A stretch of 63,660 bases of DNA, filler included, from Pirum gemmata (Eukaryota), in assembly GCA_002812295.1 (NCBI GenBank). It is 21 parts of 21 records of this genome, joined end to end, with 100 filler letters (N's around TTAATTAATTAA, not from the genome) between each part and the next. Parts side by side here need not be neighbours in the genome. Positions count along the whole stretch, not along the records: positions 1 to 2,722 come from PDIN01004854.1; positions 2,823 to 6,290 come from PDIN01004855.1; positions 6,391 to 9,089 come from PDIN01004856.1; positions 9,190 to 11,938 come from PDIN01004857.1; 17 more parts are not named here. One strand, written 5' to 3'. Below, one piece after another: positions 1-11,204 of the stretch. A model generated the notes under the pieces. It had not been told where the DNA came from. It was given only the letters and a program-made list of their open reading frames with translations, and ran no database searches. A program made the position numbers and the translations under genes. Positions within the stretch are counted from its first letter, which is position 1. Every line of letters begins with the position of its first letter.

Positions 1-209
1 TTATTATTATTATTATTATTATTTATGGAAATTATTGCCCTTATTACAATTGTTGTTACTATTCTAAATATATTTTATTGTCCTTATTCTTAGCCCTAAC
101 CCTAGCCCTACCCCCAACCCCAATCCTAATCTTTGCCCTAACCCTAACCTTAACCCTAACCCTAACTCTAACTTTAACCCCTAACCTTAACCCTAGCTTT
201 AACCCTAAC

Positions 210-1601
210 CTTCTTTATACTGAACCATAAAGGCGTGGTGGGTATCGAGTTGTGCACCTTCAAAGGGAAATAAGGTAGAAGCCACTCTTTGTAAAACACT
301 TTCTTGCAGTTGTATAACTTTTTCAAACATCCCTATATCATCAATAATCACACCATAATTATTCATAGAATTTGGTCGACGCACTGGTAATCCTACCACA
401 AATATTATTAAAAATAAGAAATTAGGGTTAGGGTTAGGATAAGGGGTTAGGGTAATAGTAAGGGTTAGGGTAATAGTAAGGGTTAGGGTAATAGTAAGGG
501 TTAGGGTAATAGTAAGGGTTAGGGTTAGGGTTAGTCCAATATCATCAATAATTACACCATAATTATTCGTAGAATTTGGTTGACCTATTGGTAATCCTCC
601 ACAAATATTATTAAAAATAAGAAGAAGGGGTTAGGGTTAGGGTTAGGACAAGGGGTTTGGGGAAGAATAAGGGTAAGGGTTAGGGTTAGGGTTAGGTTAA
701 GGTTAAGGGTTAAGGTTAGAGTAAGGGTAAGGATTAGGGTTAGGGTTAAGGTTAAGGTTAGCGTTAGCGTTAGGGTTAGCGTTAGCGTTAGGGTTAGCGT
801 TAGGGTTAGCGTCAGGGTTAGGGTTAGGGTTAGCGTTAGCGTTAGAATTAGGGTTGTTAGGGTTAGCGTTAGCGTTAGCGTTAGCGTTAGCGTTAGCGTT
901 AACGTTAGCGTTAGCGTGACTGACCCTAGCCCTAGCCCAATTTCTATTATATCCATTATGATTGTGATTTTCATTTATTTTGGCACTCTGAATATTTATT
1001 TGGTGGGTTATAACCTTTAAATTGATATTGTTAATCGAATAAATAAATAAAAAAATATACCAAATCAATTAAATGGATTTATATATATTAATTTGGTACT
1101 TTTTATTGAAAAATATTATATTAATTTAATTTAGATGGTACCTGAATCTTGGTAATTTTGTAACTCTTCTAACAATTGGTCGCAAAATTCAGGTTTAAAC
1201 ATATTAAATTTAAAAACTTCTGGTGCGATTTCTTCAAAAATATCCAAAAATTTATTATCATTTATTTCCAGTTCCAACGCATTTACTGTAATTAAAAATA
1301 AAATAATAATAATGTAATTGTAAATATATATATATATTATAGTAATGATGTAATTGTAGCTTAAAATCAAAACATTGTTATTGTTGTTCATGTTACTGTA
1401 TTTAATAGCGGTTTTACTGATAATAATAATAAGTGTTGTTGTTGTAGTTGCTGTTGTGTTAAAAACATTAATAGTAGTATTAATATAAAGTATAATTGTT
1501 GTGGTAATATTTGCGTTTGTTCTTACTCTTGCTTGTGTGATTGCGGTTGTGATTGTGTTTGTGGTGCTGATGATGGTGATGGTGCTGGTGATACTGATGG
1601 T

Positions 1602-1659
<58 letters not shown>

Positions 1660-2163
1660 GTGGTGGTGGTGGTGATGGTGGTGGTGATGGTGGTGGTGAT
1701 GGTGATGGTGGTGGTGGTGATGGTGATGGTGGTGGTGGTGATGGTGGTGATGGTGACCTAAAGAATCAGCAAACCATTCTGTTTTCCAAGTTATAGAGTT
1801 ATTAAATAAATCTGGGTGTTTCATTAACTTTTGATAAGCCGCAATAGCGCCATTTCTTTCGCGTGATTGTTCGCTTATTTTTGAAAACAGAGCATTACAA
1901 TTAACACAAGGATGCAACGGTACAGAGAAAATACTAAATAGCTGTGTTCAAAAATTATCAATTTATTTAGTATTGCTATTTATTATATTATAACGGTACA
2001 CAGAAAATGCTGAATAGCTGTGTTCAAAAATTATCAATTTATTTAGCATTGCTATTTATTATAGTTCAATGTTGCTGAACAGGAATATCAATATCAATAA
2101 TAATATAGAATATGTGTAGAACAATAACAATAATAATACAATAAGTACTAAATTAATGATATC

Positions 2164-2243
<80 letters not shown>

Positions 2244-2644
2244 ATTATCATTGTCATTATCGTTAGGGTTATTATATAACTAACAAAATAGCAATATAAG
2301 TTAGCAATAATAATGATAATAACAATAACAATTAACAACAATATCAATATCAATAATAATTTATAATAGATGTAGAACAATAACAATAATGCATATATAT
2401 AAACATACCGAATTAATGATATCATATAAGGAATAATATAAGAAATATGATATAGAGCCATCTTTATTTAAAATTTCCTCTGATTTTTGTTGTTGTATAG
2501 TCTCAAATACGTTTTTGGGTATTTTCCCATCCCTCCTCAGTACTGAAGACGGCGCATTTACCGAGAGAAAATAGCAACCACTGGGTAAACTTAAAGGATA
2601 ACTTTGATCGAAGAACAGGCGAATAATATGTAAATTATTATAAC
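210..2644 (-). CDS. Partial multi-exon gene: UBC/E2-like N-terminal region plus OGFOD2-like 2OG-Fe(II) oxygenase. Exons 2644-2409, 1941-1758, 1285-1142, 392-210; both ends lie outside the contig
   Basis: All junctions are GT-AG with consistent phases (0,1,1) and an open spliced frame. The last two exons read ...[40 protein letters not shown]...[14 protein letters not shown]; RPNxMNNYG and DxHxAFxVxY are OGFOD2-family motifs. Confidence 0.85.
421..930 (+). repeat. Interstitial degenerate telomeric TTAGGG/TTAGCG arrays inside an intron (CCCTAA array also at 91-209)
   Basis: Direct reading. Similar arrays at 5805-5833, 7495-7615, 44110-44690, 50570-50810, 51869-51900 and 54955-55110. Confidence 0.9.
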
Positions 2645-2653
2645 CTATTTGTA

Positions 2654-2686
<33 letters not shown>

Positions 2687-2722
2687 GCTGTTTACTGTTT
2701 GTTGTTTGTTGTTTGTTGTTTG

Positions 2723-2822
2723 NNNNNNNNNNNNNNNNNNNNNNNNNNNNNNNNNNNNNNNNNNNNTTAATTAATTAANNNNNNNNNNNNNNNNNNNNNN
2801 NNNNNNNNNNNNNNNNNNNNNN
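2723..2822. other. Artificial contig linker N44-TTAATTAATTAA-N44. Further copies start at 6291, 9090, 11939, 14789, 18783, 21631, 24452, 29144, 31992, 34839, 37659, 40462, 43260, 46106, 48926, 51770, 55191, 58007, 60850
   Basis: Identical 100-bp N-flanked six-frame stop spacer recurring every ~2.8-4.7 kb. Confidence 0.98.
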
Positions 2823-3027
2823 AAAAAAAAAAAAGAAAAGAAAACTAGAGAGAAAAAAGAAAAAAAAAGTACATTTATTAGTCTTTTATTAATAATTTAA
2901 AAAAAATAACTTAAAGATAAATAAATAATTCTATTCTACCTGGCTAGTCTGGCTAGTGCCTAACCAAAAATTCCAAAAGGCTCGCTACCAAAACCAGTCC
3001 AAAACCCCTAAAGTTCGCCCATAATTA

Positions 3028-3154
3028 AAAGTCGGATGTCGGTTCGGGGCCTTTTGCCTTTCCCCCCCGAAACGACCGACTCGGGAAAGGGGTCAACCCC
3101 CCCGAGTCGGGGGGGTTGATTTTCCCGAGTCGGATGTCGGATTTGACAACCCTG
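3028..3154. mobile_element. hAT-like transposon end (GACAACCCTG) with GTCGG/CCGAC subterminal repeats and a GC-rich hairpin
   Basis: The end is the reverse complement of CAGGGTTGTC, a typical hAT terminus; long imperfect palindrome at ~3076-3133. Confidence 0.45.
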
Positions 3155-3466
3155 GTTAGAGGGGGTTAGAGGGGGCTTTATAAGGTGGGTTAGACCTGGG
3201 GTTATCTGCTGCCCAGAGCTGGGTTTATCTGCTGGCCCTTATCTGCTGGCCTAGAGCTGGGGTTATCTGACGGGTTATCTTGCGGGTTAATTGTGGGGGT
3301 TAGCAGTGGCTAGATGATGATAGGCTAGATCTAGCCTAGCTAATTAGATATTATGCTTTGTGAAAGGTTGTTTGATTGGTTTCAAGGTTATCATAGTTTG
3401 GTTAGGGTTCGCGTTTCGCAACCTAGCTAACTAATTTAACGTTAGTTAATTAACGATTTTTTTTAC

Positions 3467-3609
3467 TAACTGTGGTTAGTGCTTCGTAAAAAAAAATCGA
3501 ACGAGCTTTTTTTTGGGAACGAGTGAATGTTTTTTTTTGGGTAGTCTACGAACGAGCGGCGAACGAAAAAAGTGAGTGAGTGTTTTTTACAATGCACTGA
3601 CCACAGTTA
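3467..3609. mobile_element. MITE (family K), TIR TAACTGTGGTYAGTGC
   Basis: taactgtggttagtgc ... gcactgaccacagtta inverted ends; internal GAACGA repeats. Confidence 0.65.
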
Positions 3610-3885
3610 TAAAAAAAAGAGTAAACTAACGTTAGTTAGTGCATTTTTACGCAAATAAAAATATTTTTGAGAGANATAATCATCATCATTATCATCATCA
3701 TCATCACCATCATCATTATCATCATCATCTATAGCATCATCATGATCATCATGATCATCATCATCATCGTCATCATCATCATCATCATCATCATCATTAA
3801 TCCTTATCAGAATCCTTATAATTATCATAATCCTAATCCTAATCCTAATCCTAATCGATATCCTAATCCTAAATCATTATTATCA

Positions 3886-3952
<67 letters not shown>

Positions 3953-4521
3953 GTATAATTATTATTATAATCATAATCATAATCATAATCATAATCATAA
4001 TCATAATCATAAGTATAAGCATAATCATACCGTATTCATTTTTTAAAAAAAAGAGTAAAAATGGTATTCTTACTATAGAGAACGTGGCTCTAGTTTAGCC
4101 AAATCGGCTAAAAAACGGGGGGACTAAAGATAAAAAAAAAAACTAAAAAACCAAAAAAAAAAAACTAAAAAAAATAGTAGCTACTTTGATAAACTTTTCG
4201 GGAAATGAGAATGAATGACACGATCAGCTCAACGCATAATATTGACGTAATTTCCTTTCATTTGATATTGATAATTTGATATACTTTTCGTCTACAAGTC
4301 GTCTACATCTGTCGTCTACATCGTGTTTTTCGATAGTGTTGTCCAGTTCAAAAACTGAAATAAACTTACCAAATTATTATTATGGTTAAACTATTGGACA
4401 TGTTTTGATTAATTTGGTATTTTATATTTAATGTTGCATTTTATAAAACAGTTCAATGATAGTCTACTCTTCCATTTATTCACTATATTATCACGATAGT
4501 CTATTAAATAATAATAATTAT

Positions 4522-4716
4522 TATCGTGCTTTTCATTTATTTTGTCACTCTGAATATTTCTTTGGAGGGTTATAATATTTAAATTGATATTTTTAAATCA
4601 ACATATAGATAATAAAATACACCAAATTAAAATAAATGGATTTATATTATATTAATTTGGTACTATTTATTGTATATTTTATGATGACAAAATTTAAACA
4701 ACTGAAAAACACTATA
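4522..4716. mobile_element. MITE family A (~190-220 bp), ends TATCGTGCTTTTCA...TGAAAAGCACRATA. Other copies: 968-1108, 8204-8370, 16702-16803, 22855-22957, 39181-39430, 52131-52319, 61411-61629
   Basis: Shared body (CACTCTGAATATTTATTTGG...ACCAAATTA...AATGGATTTAT) on unlinked contigs, in both orientations, with TA-bounded TIRs. Confidence 0.85.
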
Positions 4717-5582
4717 TTAATAATAATTATTATTCATAAAACCGGCAGCTTGAAGAATTCTACTAACCAGCGTAACCGCAAGCAAGTGCAATCATGAGTG
4801 GGCCTCTGGAGTGGGCCTGTAAGGGAACGTTCAAATAATACGTCACGTCAAGTGGTAGGTAAGTAGGTGGTATTTGGTAGGGAGGTAGAGGTATTTGAAG
4901 CTGTATTTGACCAGAAATTGGCAGTTAATAAATCACTAGCTAGTATTTGAAGTTTTGAACGCACACTAAGTTGTAAAAGTCTGGCCTTAGAGTGGCCTTA
5001 GTTAGGCCTAATAGTTCTAGCTAGGGCCTTAGGAGGCTTAGGTCTAGCTACTAGCTATCATAGCTAGTTAGGGTAATAGCCTAATAGGAGTCTAATAGGC
5101 CTTAGTTTAATAGGCCCCTAGCTAGCAGGAGTCTGGCCTGTAAGTTAAAACGTTGTAGGTCTAACCGCAAGTTGCGCGTCCATCCCATCTAGAGATCTAT
5201 AGATTGACCACAGGTCCACTGGTTAAAAACTTGACGCAGGTTGAAACTTGACAGGTCACAGACTCACAGCTCAACTTGACACTTTGACAGTTGAAACTTG
5301 GCACTCATTTTGACACCTTTCACAACTTTGACACCCTACTATTTTATACTAGCTATGATAGTAGCTAGCTACGATTATTAGCTACTAGCTTAGCTACTTC
5401 ACTGAGAAAGTTCACTCCGCTACCTTAGGCAGCAGCCTAACTAACTAGTAACTACTAGCTACTAGCTATCATAGTATAATCATATAGATACTATCATAGC
5501 TAGTAGCTAGTATGATATTTTTCTATTACTATATAGATATAAACCATCATAAATTATTATTATTATTTAATTTTGATATTAG

Positions 5583-5689
5583 AATTTCCACCAGAAGACA
5601 AACCAAAAAATTTTGAACACATGTGCACATACAGACAAACTTGCAAAACTAGAATAGAATGGCTATCACACATCAAAAAAGTTTTTTAA
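5583..5689 (+). CDS. Possible terminal exon (xFPPEDKPKNFEHMCTYRQTCKTRIEWLSHIKKVF*), unknown product
   Basis: TAG acceptor at 5580-5582, complex sequence, open to TAA; no family recognised. Confidence 0.3.
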
Positions 5690-7916
5690 AAGTATAAATT
5701 CCAATATTATAATTATTATAGACAACTGCAACAACATCCATAACATCGACTATATAAGTTCTATAACCCTATAATATTTGGAACAAAAGTAAAAAAAAAC
5801 AACACTAACCCTACTAACCCTAACCCTAACCCTATCACACATCAAAAAAGTTTTTTGAAAGTATAAATTCCAATAGAGACAACATCGACTATAAGTTCTA
5901 TAACCCTATAATATTTGGAACAAAAGTTAAAAAAAAAACAACACAATTATTACTAATTATTATAGACTACATTATTATGGCACTATAATATGAAAAGTAC
6001 AACAAGTCAAAACCAAATGACAATCAAATTATTAACCTATATACCAAAGTATTATAAAGCAAATCAAAAAATTAGAAATACAATCAATCATAAAATTGTA
6101 AATTTTATAACCTACTGTTCCTCCTTTGTAAAGGAAAGAGTAGTGTACAGGAGGTAAAACATTAATGTTGAAAAATAAATAAAAATAAATAAAATTTTGG
6201 ATTTTTTTTTTTTGTAGTTTGGAATACTTTTGGAATTTGGGTCTAAAGGAATTTGGATAGACAGACTCTTTGTAGACTCTTTGTAGACTCNNNNNNNNNN
6301 NNNNNNNNNNNNNNNNNNNNNNNNNNNNNNNNNNTTAATTAATTAANNNNNNNNNNNNNNNNNNNNNNNNNNNNNNNNNNNNNNNNNNNNCAAATTATTA
6401 TTATGGTTAAACTATCGGGCATGTTTTAATTAATTTGGTATTTTATAGGTAATATTGTACTTTATAAACAAGCTCAATTATACACTTAAATAGTACCAAA
6501 TTAAAGATTGAGAGGACAATAATTTTTGAAAAAGTCACGTGAAATTTTGTAAGAAAAAGTGGAATAAAAAAAAGGAGAAAAAAATTAGTTTTATATTGGT
6601 AATAATAATTATATAAAACAATAATTTTTAATTAATAATATCAATAAACAACATAATATAAACAAGATTCAAACAATACTATTTTAATAAACCAATATAA
6701 TAACTTCAACAACAACAAACAACAACAACAAATAATAATAAGCAATAGTACTATAGTTATATATTTATAATAATAAACAACAGTATATAAATATTGATAC
6801 AATAGCAATTAATAATTACACTAAATTTAAATTTCAATTTTTAAAATATTATTATATAATAACAATAAACAACGTTATAATATCATATAATACGTATAAA
6901 TAACAAATAAACTTATATTATATAAACATCAAGATATAAACAAGATATTTATAATAAACACCCTCTTGCTCCTATTATTTTAATCAACTACAACATAAAC
7001 GAAAATAATACATTATATTATATAATATAATATAAATAGAAATAATTACACTAAATTTAAATTTAAATTTAAAAATACCATTGTATAATAACAATAAACA
7101 ACATACGTATAAATAACAAATAAACTTATATAAACATCAAGATAATAGTATAAGCAAGATATAAACAGCTCTTGCTTCTTATTAATTAAGTAAAATATAA
7201 TAATTAGAATAACAACAATCAACGTTTAACAATAATCAACTACAACATAAACGAAAATAATTTTTAATTAATAAGTAACAATATTATATTAATTAATTAT
7301 AAATATTAATAATAAATATTAATAACAATAATATATAAATAACAATTAATGAATAAATAATAAATATCGTTATTCTAACCCTAAATAAAATTTAATATTT
7401 GAGAGGGCCAGGGCTAGTTTAGCTAGAGCTAGGCTAGCTAGCTTTTAATAAAATTAAAAGTGCTAACCCCCAAGTTCCTAACCTGGTCTATAGCTTAACC
7501 TAACCCTAATCCTAATCCAAATCCTACCCCTAACCCTAACCCTAACCCTAACCCTAATCCTACCCCTAACCCTAACCCTAACCCTAACCCTAAACCCTAA
7601 TCCTAACTAAACCCTACTAGCTAGTCTAGACTAGCTAGTAGGGGTTAGGAGTTAGGGGTTTTAGAGCTATAATAGTAGCTATTAAAGTTGTGGGTGTTTG
7701 AAGTGGGTTGATACTTGGTAGTCTAGCTACTATAGCTAGCTAGCTAGCTAGCTAGAGGGTTTGGGTTTCTGGGTTTGGTAACCACAACCTTTAGACCTTT
7801 TCAAGGACTTCAAAAAAAGTCCTTGACCTTTTCTAAAGAAATTTTACGCACCATTGAAACTCCTATATATACAAAGACTCCATGATTTCTTTTTTGGACT
7901 TTGAGATCATAATAAC

Positions 7917-8130
7917 AGTAGGGGTGAGATATCTACTGGAACTTTTTTCGAACAGTGCTTATCGAGCCAACCTTAGTTCCGTGTTTCTTACTAATAATAG
8001 CAGTTAAATAGCTTAAAATAGTAAATCTAATTATAGTAGATACCAATTAAGGTAATAATATTAACATTNAAATCGGAAAAGTTCCGGCAGCTGTTCGGTA
8101 ATAATAAAATGACGTCATCTCACCCCTACT
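7917..8130. mobile_element. MITE family D, TIR AGTAGGGGTGAGAT, 8-bp TSD ATAATAAC. Other copies 36198-36439 and 52869-53076; related subfamily at 52343-52577 with 8-bp TSD TTTATTAT
   Basis: Inverted termini; exact 8-bp direct repeats at 7909-7916/8131-8138 and 52335-52342/52578-52585; shared internal sequence. Confidence 0.9.
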
Positions 8131-8509
8131 ATAATAACTCTAACCAAGGTATAATAACTGGTATAATAGTGCTTGCTTCTGATTGAAATTATTTTCAGCT
8201 TTAGGTGCTTTTCAATCATAAAATATACAATAAATAGTACCAAATTAATATAATATAAATCCATTTTATTTAATTTGGTATATTTTAATATTTATATGCA
8301 TTATTTAAAAATGTCAATTTAAATATTATAACCCTCCAAATAAATATTCCGAGTGGCAAACTAAATGAAATTTGAAGTCCCCTTGATTGATTATTACAGT
8401 CGTCCTCTCAATATTTAATTTTGTACTGTTTATTTGAACTTGTTTATAAAACATACAACATTAATAAGTATAAAATACCAAATTAATTAAAACATGTCTG
8501 ATAGTTTAA

Positions 8510-8734
8510 CCAAAAAAGGTCAAAAAAGCCAAAAAAAGCCAAGCGAAAACCAAAAAAAGCCAAAAAAGCCAAAAAAAGCCAAAAATTCCAAAAATCCAAA
8601 AAAGCCAAAAAAGCCAAAAAAGCTAAAAAAAGCCAAAAAAACCAAAAAAAGCCAAAAAAACCAAAAAAGTCAAAAAAGCCAAAAAAAAGCCAAAAAAGCC
8701 AAAAAAAGCCAAAAAAAAAAAAGCCAAAAAAGCC
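8510..8734 (+). repeat. (AAAAAAGCC)n-type 9-bp tandem repeat, probably intronic
   Basis: Direct reading; lies just after a minus-strand donor AG|GTAAGT at 8740. Confidence 0.85.
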
Positions 8735-8740
8735 ACTTAC

Positions 8741-8798
8741 CTTTTACTATATTGAGTAGCTAAATCTTTTATTGAGTCCTTGGAGTACTCTTGGAGTC
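8741..8798 (-). CDS. Isolated internal exon (xLQEYSKDSIKDLATQYSK), unknown gene
   Basis: Pyrimidine tract and AG acceptor, consensus AG|GTAAGT donor, open frame. Confidence 0.45.
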
Positions 8799-9479
8799 CT
8801 TGCAATAAGAAAGAAAATCTGAGATTATTAAAAAAAATTTTTTTTTTGGAGAATTTTATCAAAAGATGAATTTTTTTTTTTTGAATAACTGTCTTATTAA
8901 GTCTTATTATATAATTAAAAATAATTATTAAAAAAAACATATAAACCAATAGTGTACTGAGTAGTGTATATCAGCTTGTATATCATACTATAAGTTGCTT
9001 GTACCAATAGTTTTATTTTTTTTAGTGTGTTTGTTGTTTTATTGTTTTAGTTTTAGTTTGTTGTTTTGTTGTTTTGTTGTTTTGTTGTTNNNNNNNNNNN
9101 NNNNNNNNNNNNNNNNNNNNNNNNNNNNNNNNNTTAATTAATTAANNNNNNNNNNNNNNNNNNNNNNNNNNNNNNNNNNNNNNNNNNNNTAATAATAATA
9201 ATAAAATATTCACAAAAAATACCTTTTTGAAATTTGAAAATTTTAAAAAACATAATAAAAATAAAATTTTAATTTTTTTCGTTTTCAAAATGCTAAAATG
9301 TTTTGACTAGACTACCATCTTTTTTTTTCACCAGAGAAAAATAAAACTTTTTTTTTTATTTTATATATATATATATAAATCATTATTTATAACTATTATT
9401 ATTATTATTAGATTTTTCGTTTTATGTTGCTGGTTTCCTACTTTTCAAGCAACAGGAACACAGGAACAAACCACTACGA

Positions 9480-10070
9480 AATCATGGATATCAAAACGGA
9501 AAAGTAGGAAACCGACTCGGAAGCCTGTTATTCAAGGACAAAAAGTGCTATTACTTTAACAAGCAAGCACATTGCTTACGCACATGCAGGCAAAGACTAA
9601 GGGAATTACAATCAGGTTATGGCAAGGAAAGAAGTGAAAATCAAGTACATTTCAAGGATAAAGACGCCAATGGCAACGGCACACGACATACCAAGAACGA
9701 CGAAGTCAAAATAAAGACAAAGAGTAGGAAAAACAATGACTGAACGTGTGGAAGATAGCAGACTCGGCATGTGAGGCAGAATACGTGGCAAGTAATAATG
9801 TATTGACACAGGCATTAAATATTAAACATTTATTACAAGAATTACTGCCTGATTTCGTACGAGATAATAGCGGAAATTTTGACGGATAATGAATTAAATG
9901 AACAGATTATTAATGGAAATGCACCAGTTAGACGATTAAGACATGTAGATGAAGCATACCATAGGGTAAGACGGGAAGTTCAAAAAGGTACTGTCACCGT
10001 AAACTGGGTTAAAAGTGAACTTAATATCAGTGGTATGATGACAAAACCACTATCATGTGACCTTTACTAT
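9480..10070 (+). mobile_element. Degenerate Ty1/copia RNase H remnant
   Basis: TDN...RRLRHVDEAYHRVRREVQKGTVTVNWVKSELNISGMMTKPL follows the copia pattern DN...RTKHIDIRYHFIRE.V..G.I.V.YV.T..N.ADxLTKPL. Confidence 0.8.
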
Positions 10071-11204
10071 ATAGACGAGCGCGACTTTTTTCGGCAAAAA
10101 GTCAAAAAAAAAAAAAAAAAAACACTTTATCAGCACCACCATACAAACGACATTATATCAGAACATTCATTATAAAACACAAATCACGTGACCACAACTC
10201 CGCCATGTTCAAGATTCTTAATTATCATTATTAGCATCATCATTATTAATATTATTCATATCACGTGACCACAACTCTGCAATATTCAAGATTCTTTTTT
10301 TCAAGTAAACCAACAATACACACAACCCAATACCACCCACATAAATAATCGTTAATATTATTATCATTATTATCATTATTATCATTATTATTATTATTAT
10401 CAAAATCATTATTGTTATCATTATCATTATTATTATCATTATTATTATTCTGATTATCATTATTTATATACTGCATTAGTATTATATCACTAATCTTCAT
10501 TATTATATATAATCATCATTATTAATATCAGTATGTTGTTGTGTTATCATTTTGATATTTATTATTAATATTATTATTACCATCATTATTATTATTCATA
10601 TCATCATCAGTTTTAACTATATTATTTTATCACTAATCTTTATTATTATTTCTAATCATCATTATTATTATCATTATTATTATTATCATTATTACCATTA
10701 TTATTAGTATCTATATTATTTTTATTATCACTATTATCATCATTATTATCAATATTATTTTTATCATTAACATCATTATTGTTATCATTATTATTATTCA
10801 TATCATCATTAGTTTTAACTTTATTATTTTATCACTAATATTTATTATTATTTCTAATCATCATTATTATTATCATCATTTTTATCATTATTATCAATAT
10901 TATTGGTATTATTTTATTATCTTTATCATCAATATCATTATTATTATTACTATCACTATTATCATCATTATTGTTGCAAACGATAAAGATAAGTGGTTGA
11001 GTGTTTTGTGGATGATAAAATAAATAAAAAGGGGTATATTATTGTGAATATTTTATTATGAAAAAATATAAAGATTCAGTTATTGTTATCAGTTATCATA
11101 TATATATATATGTATGCTAATATATGCAATGTACTTAATCAGCAACACAATCGATATAAGTAAACCACCGACAATTCATTATCCCAATGATATATAGAAC
11201 AAAG

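Noticed and set aside
585..1796. Poly-LT, NA, H, V and G ORFs, and similar homopolymeric ORFs throughout the track (e.g. 3607-4098, 12550-12738, 15907-16224, 22469-22852, 27102-27508, 46154-47036, 54331-55246)
   Set aside because: They are translations of microsatellites or telomeric repeats, several inside introns or running across N gaps.
2767..2778. Recurring TTAATTAATTAA as a biological motif
   Set aside because: Always centred in an identical 44N+44N spacer; it is an assembly concatenation linker.
8494..8763. Lys-rich histone-H1-like ORF
   Set aside because: It is a 9-bp tandem repeat whose ATG comes from a MITE B copy, and it lies in a probable minus-strand intron.
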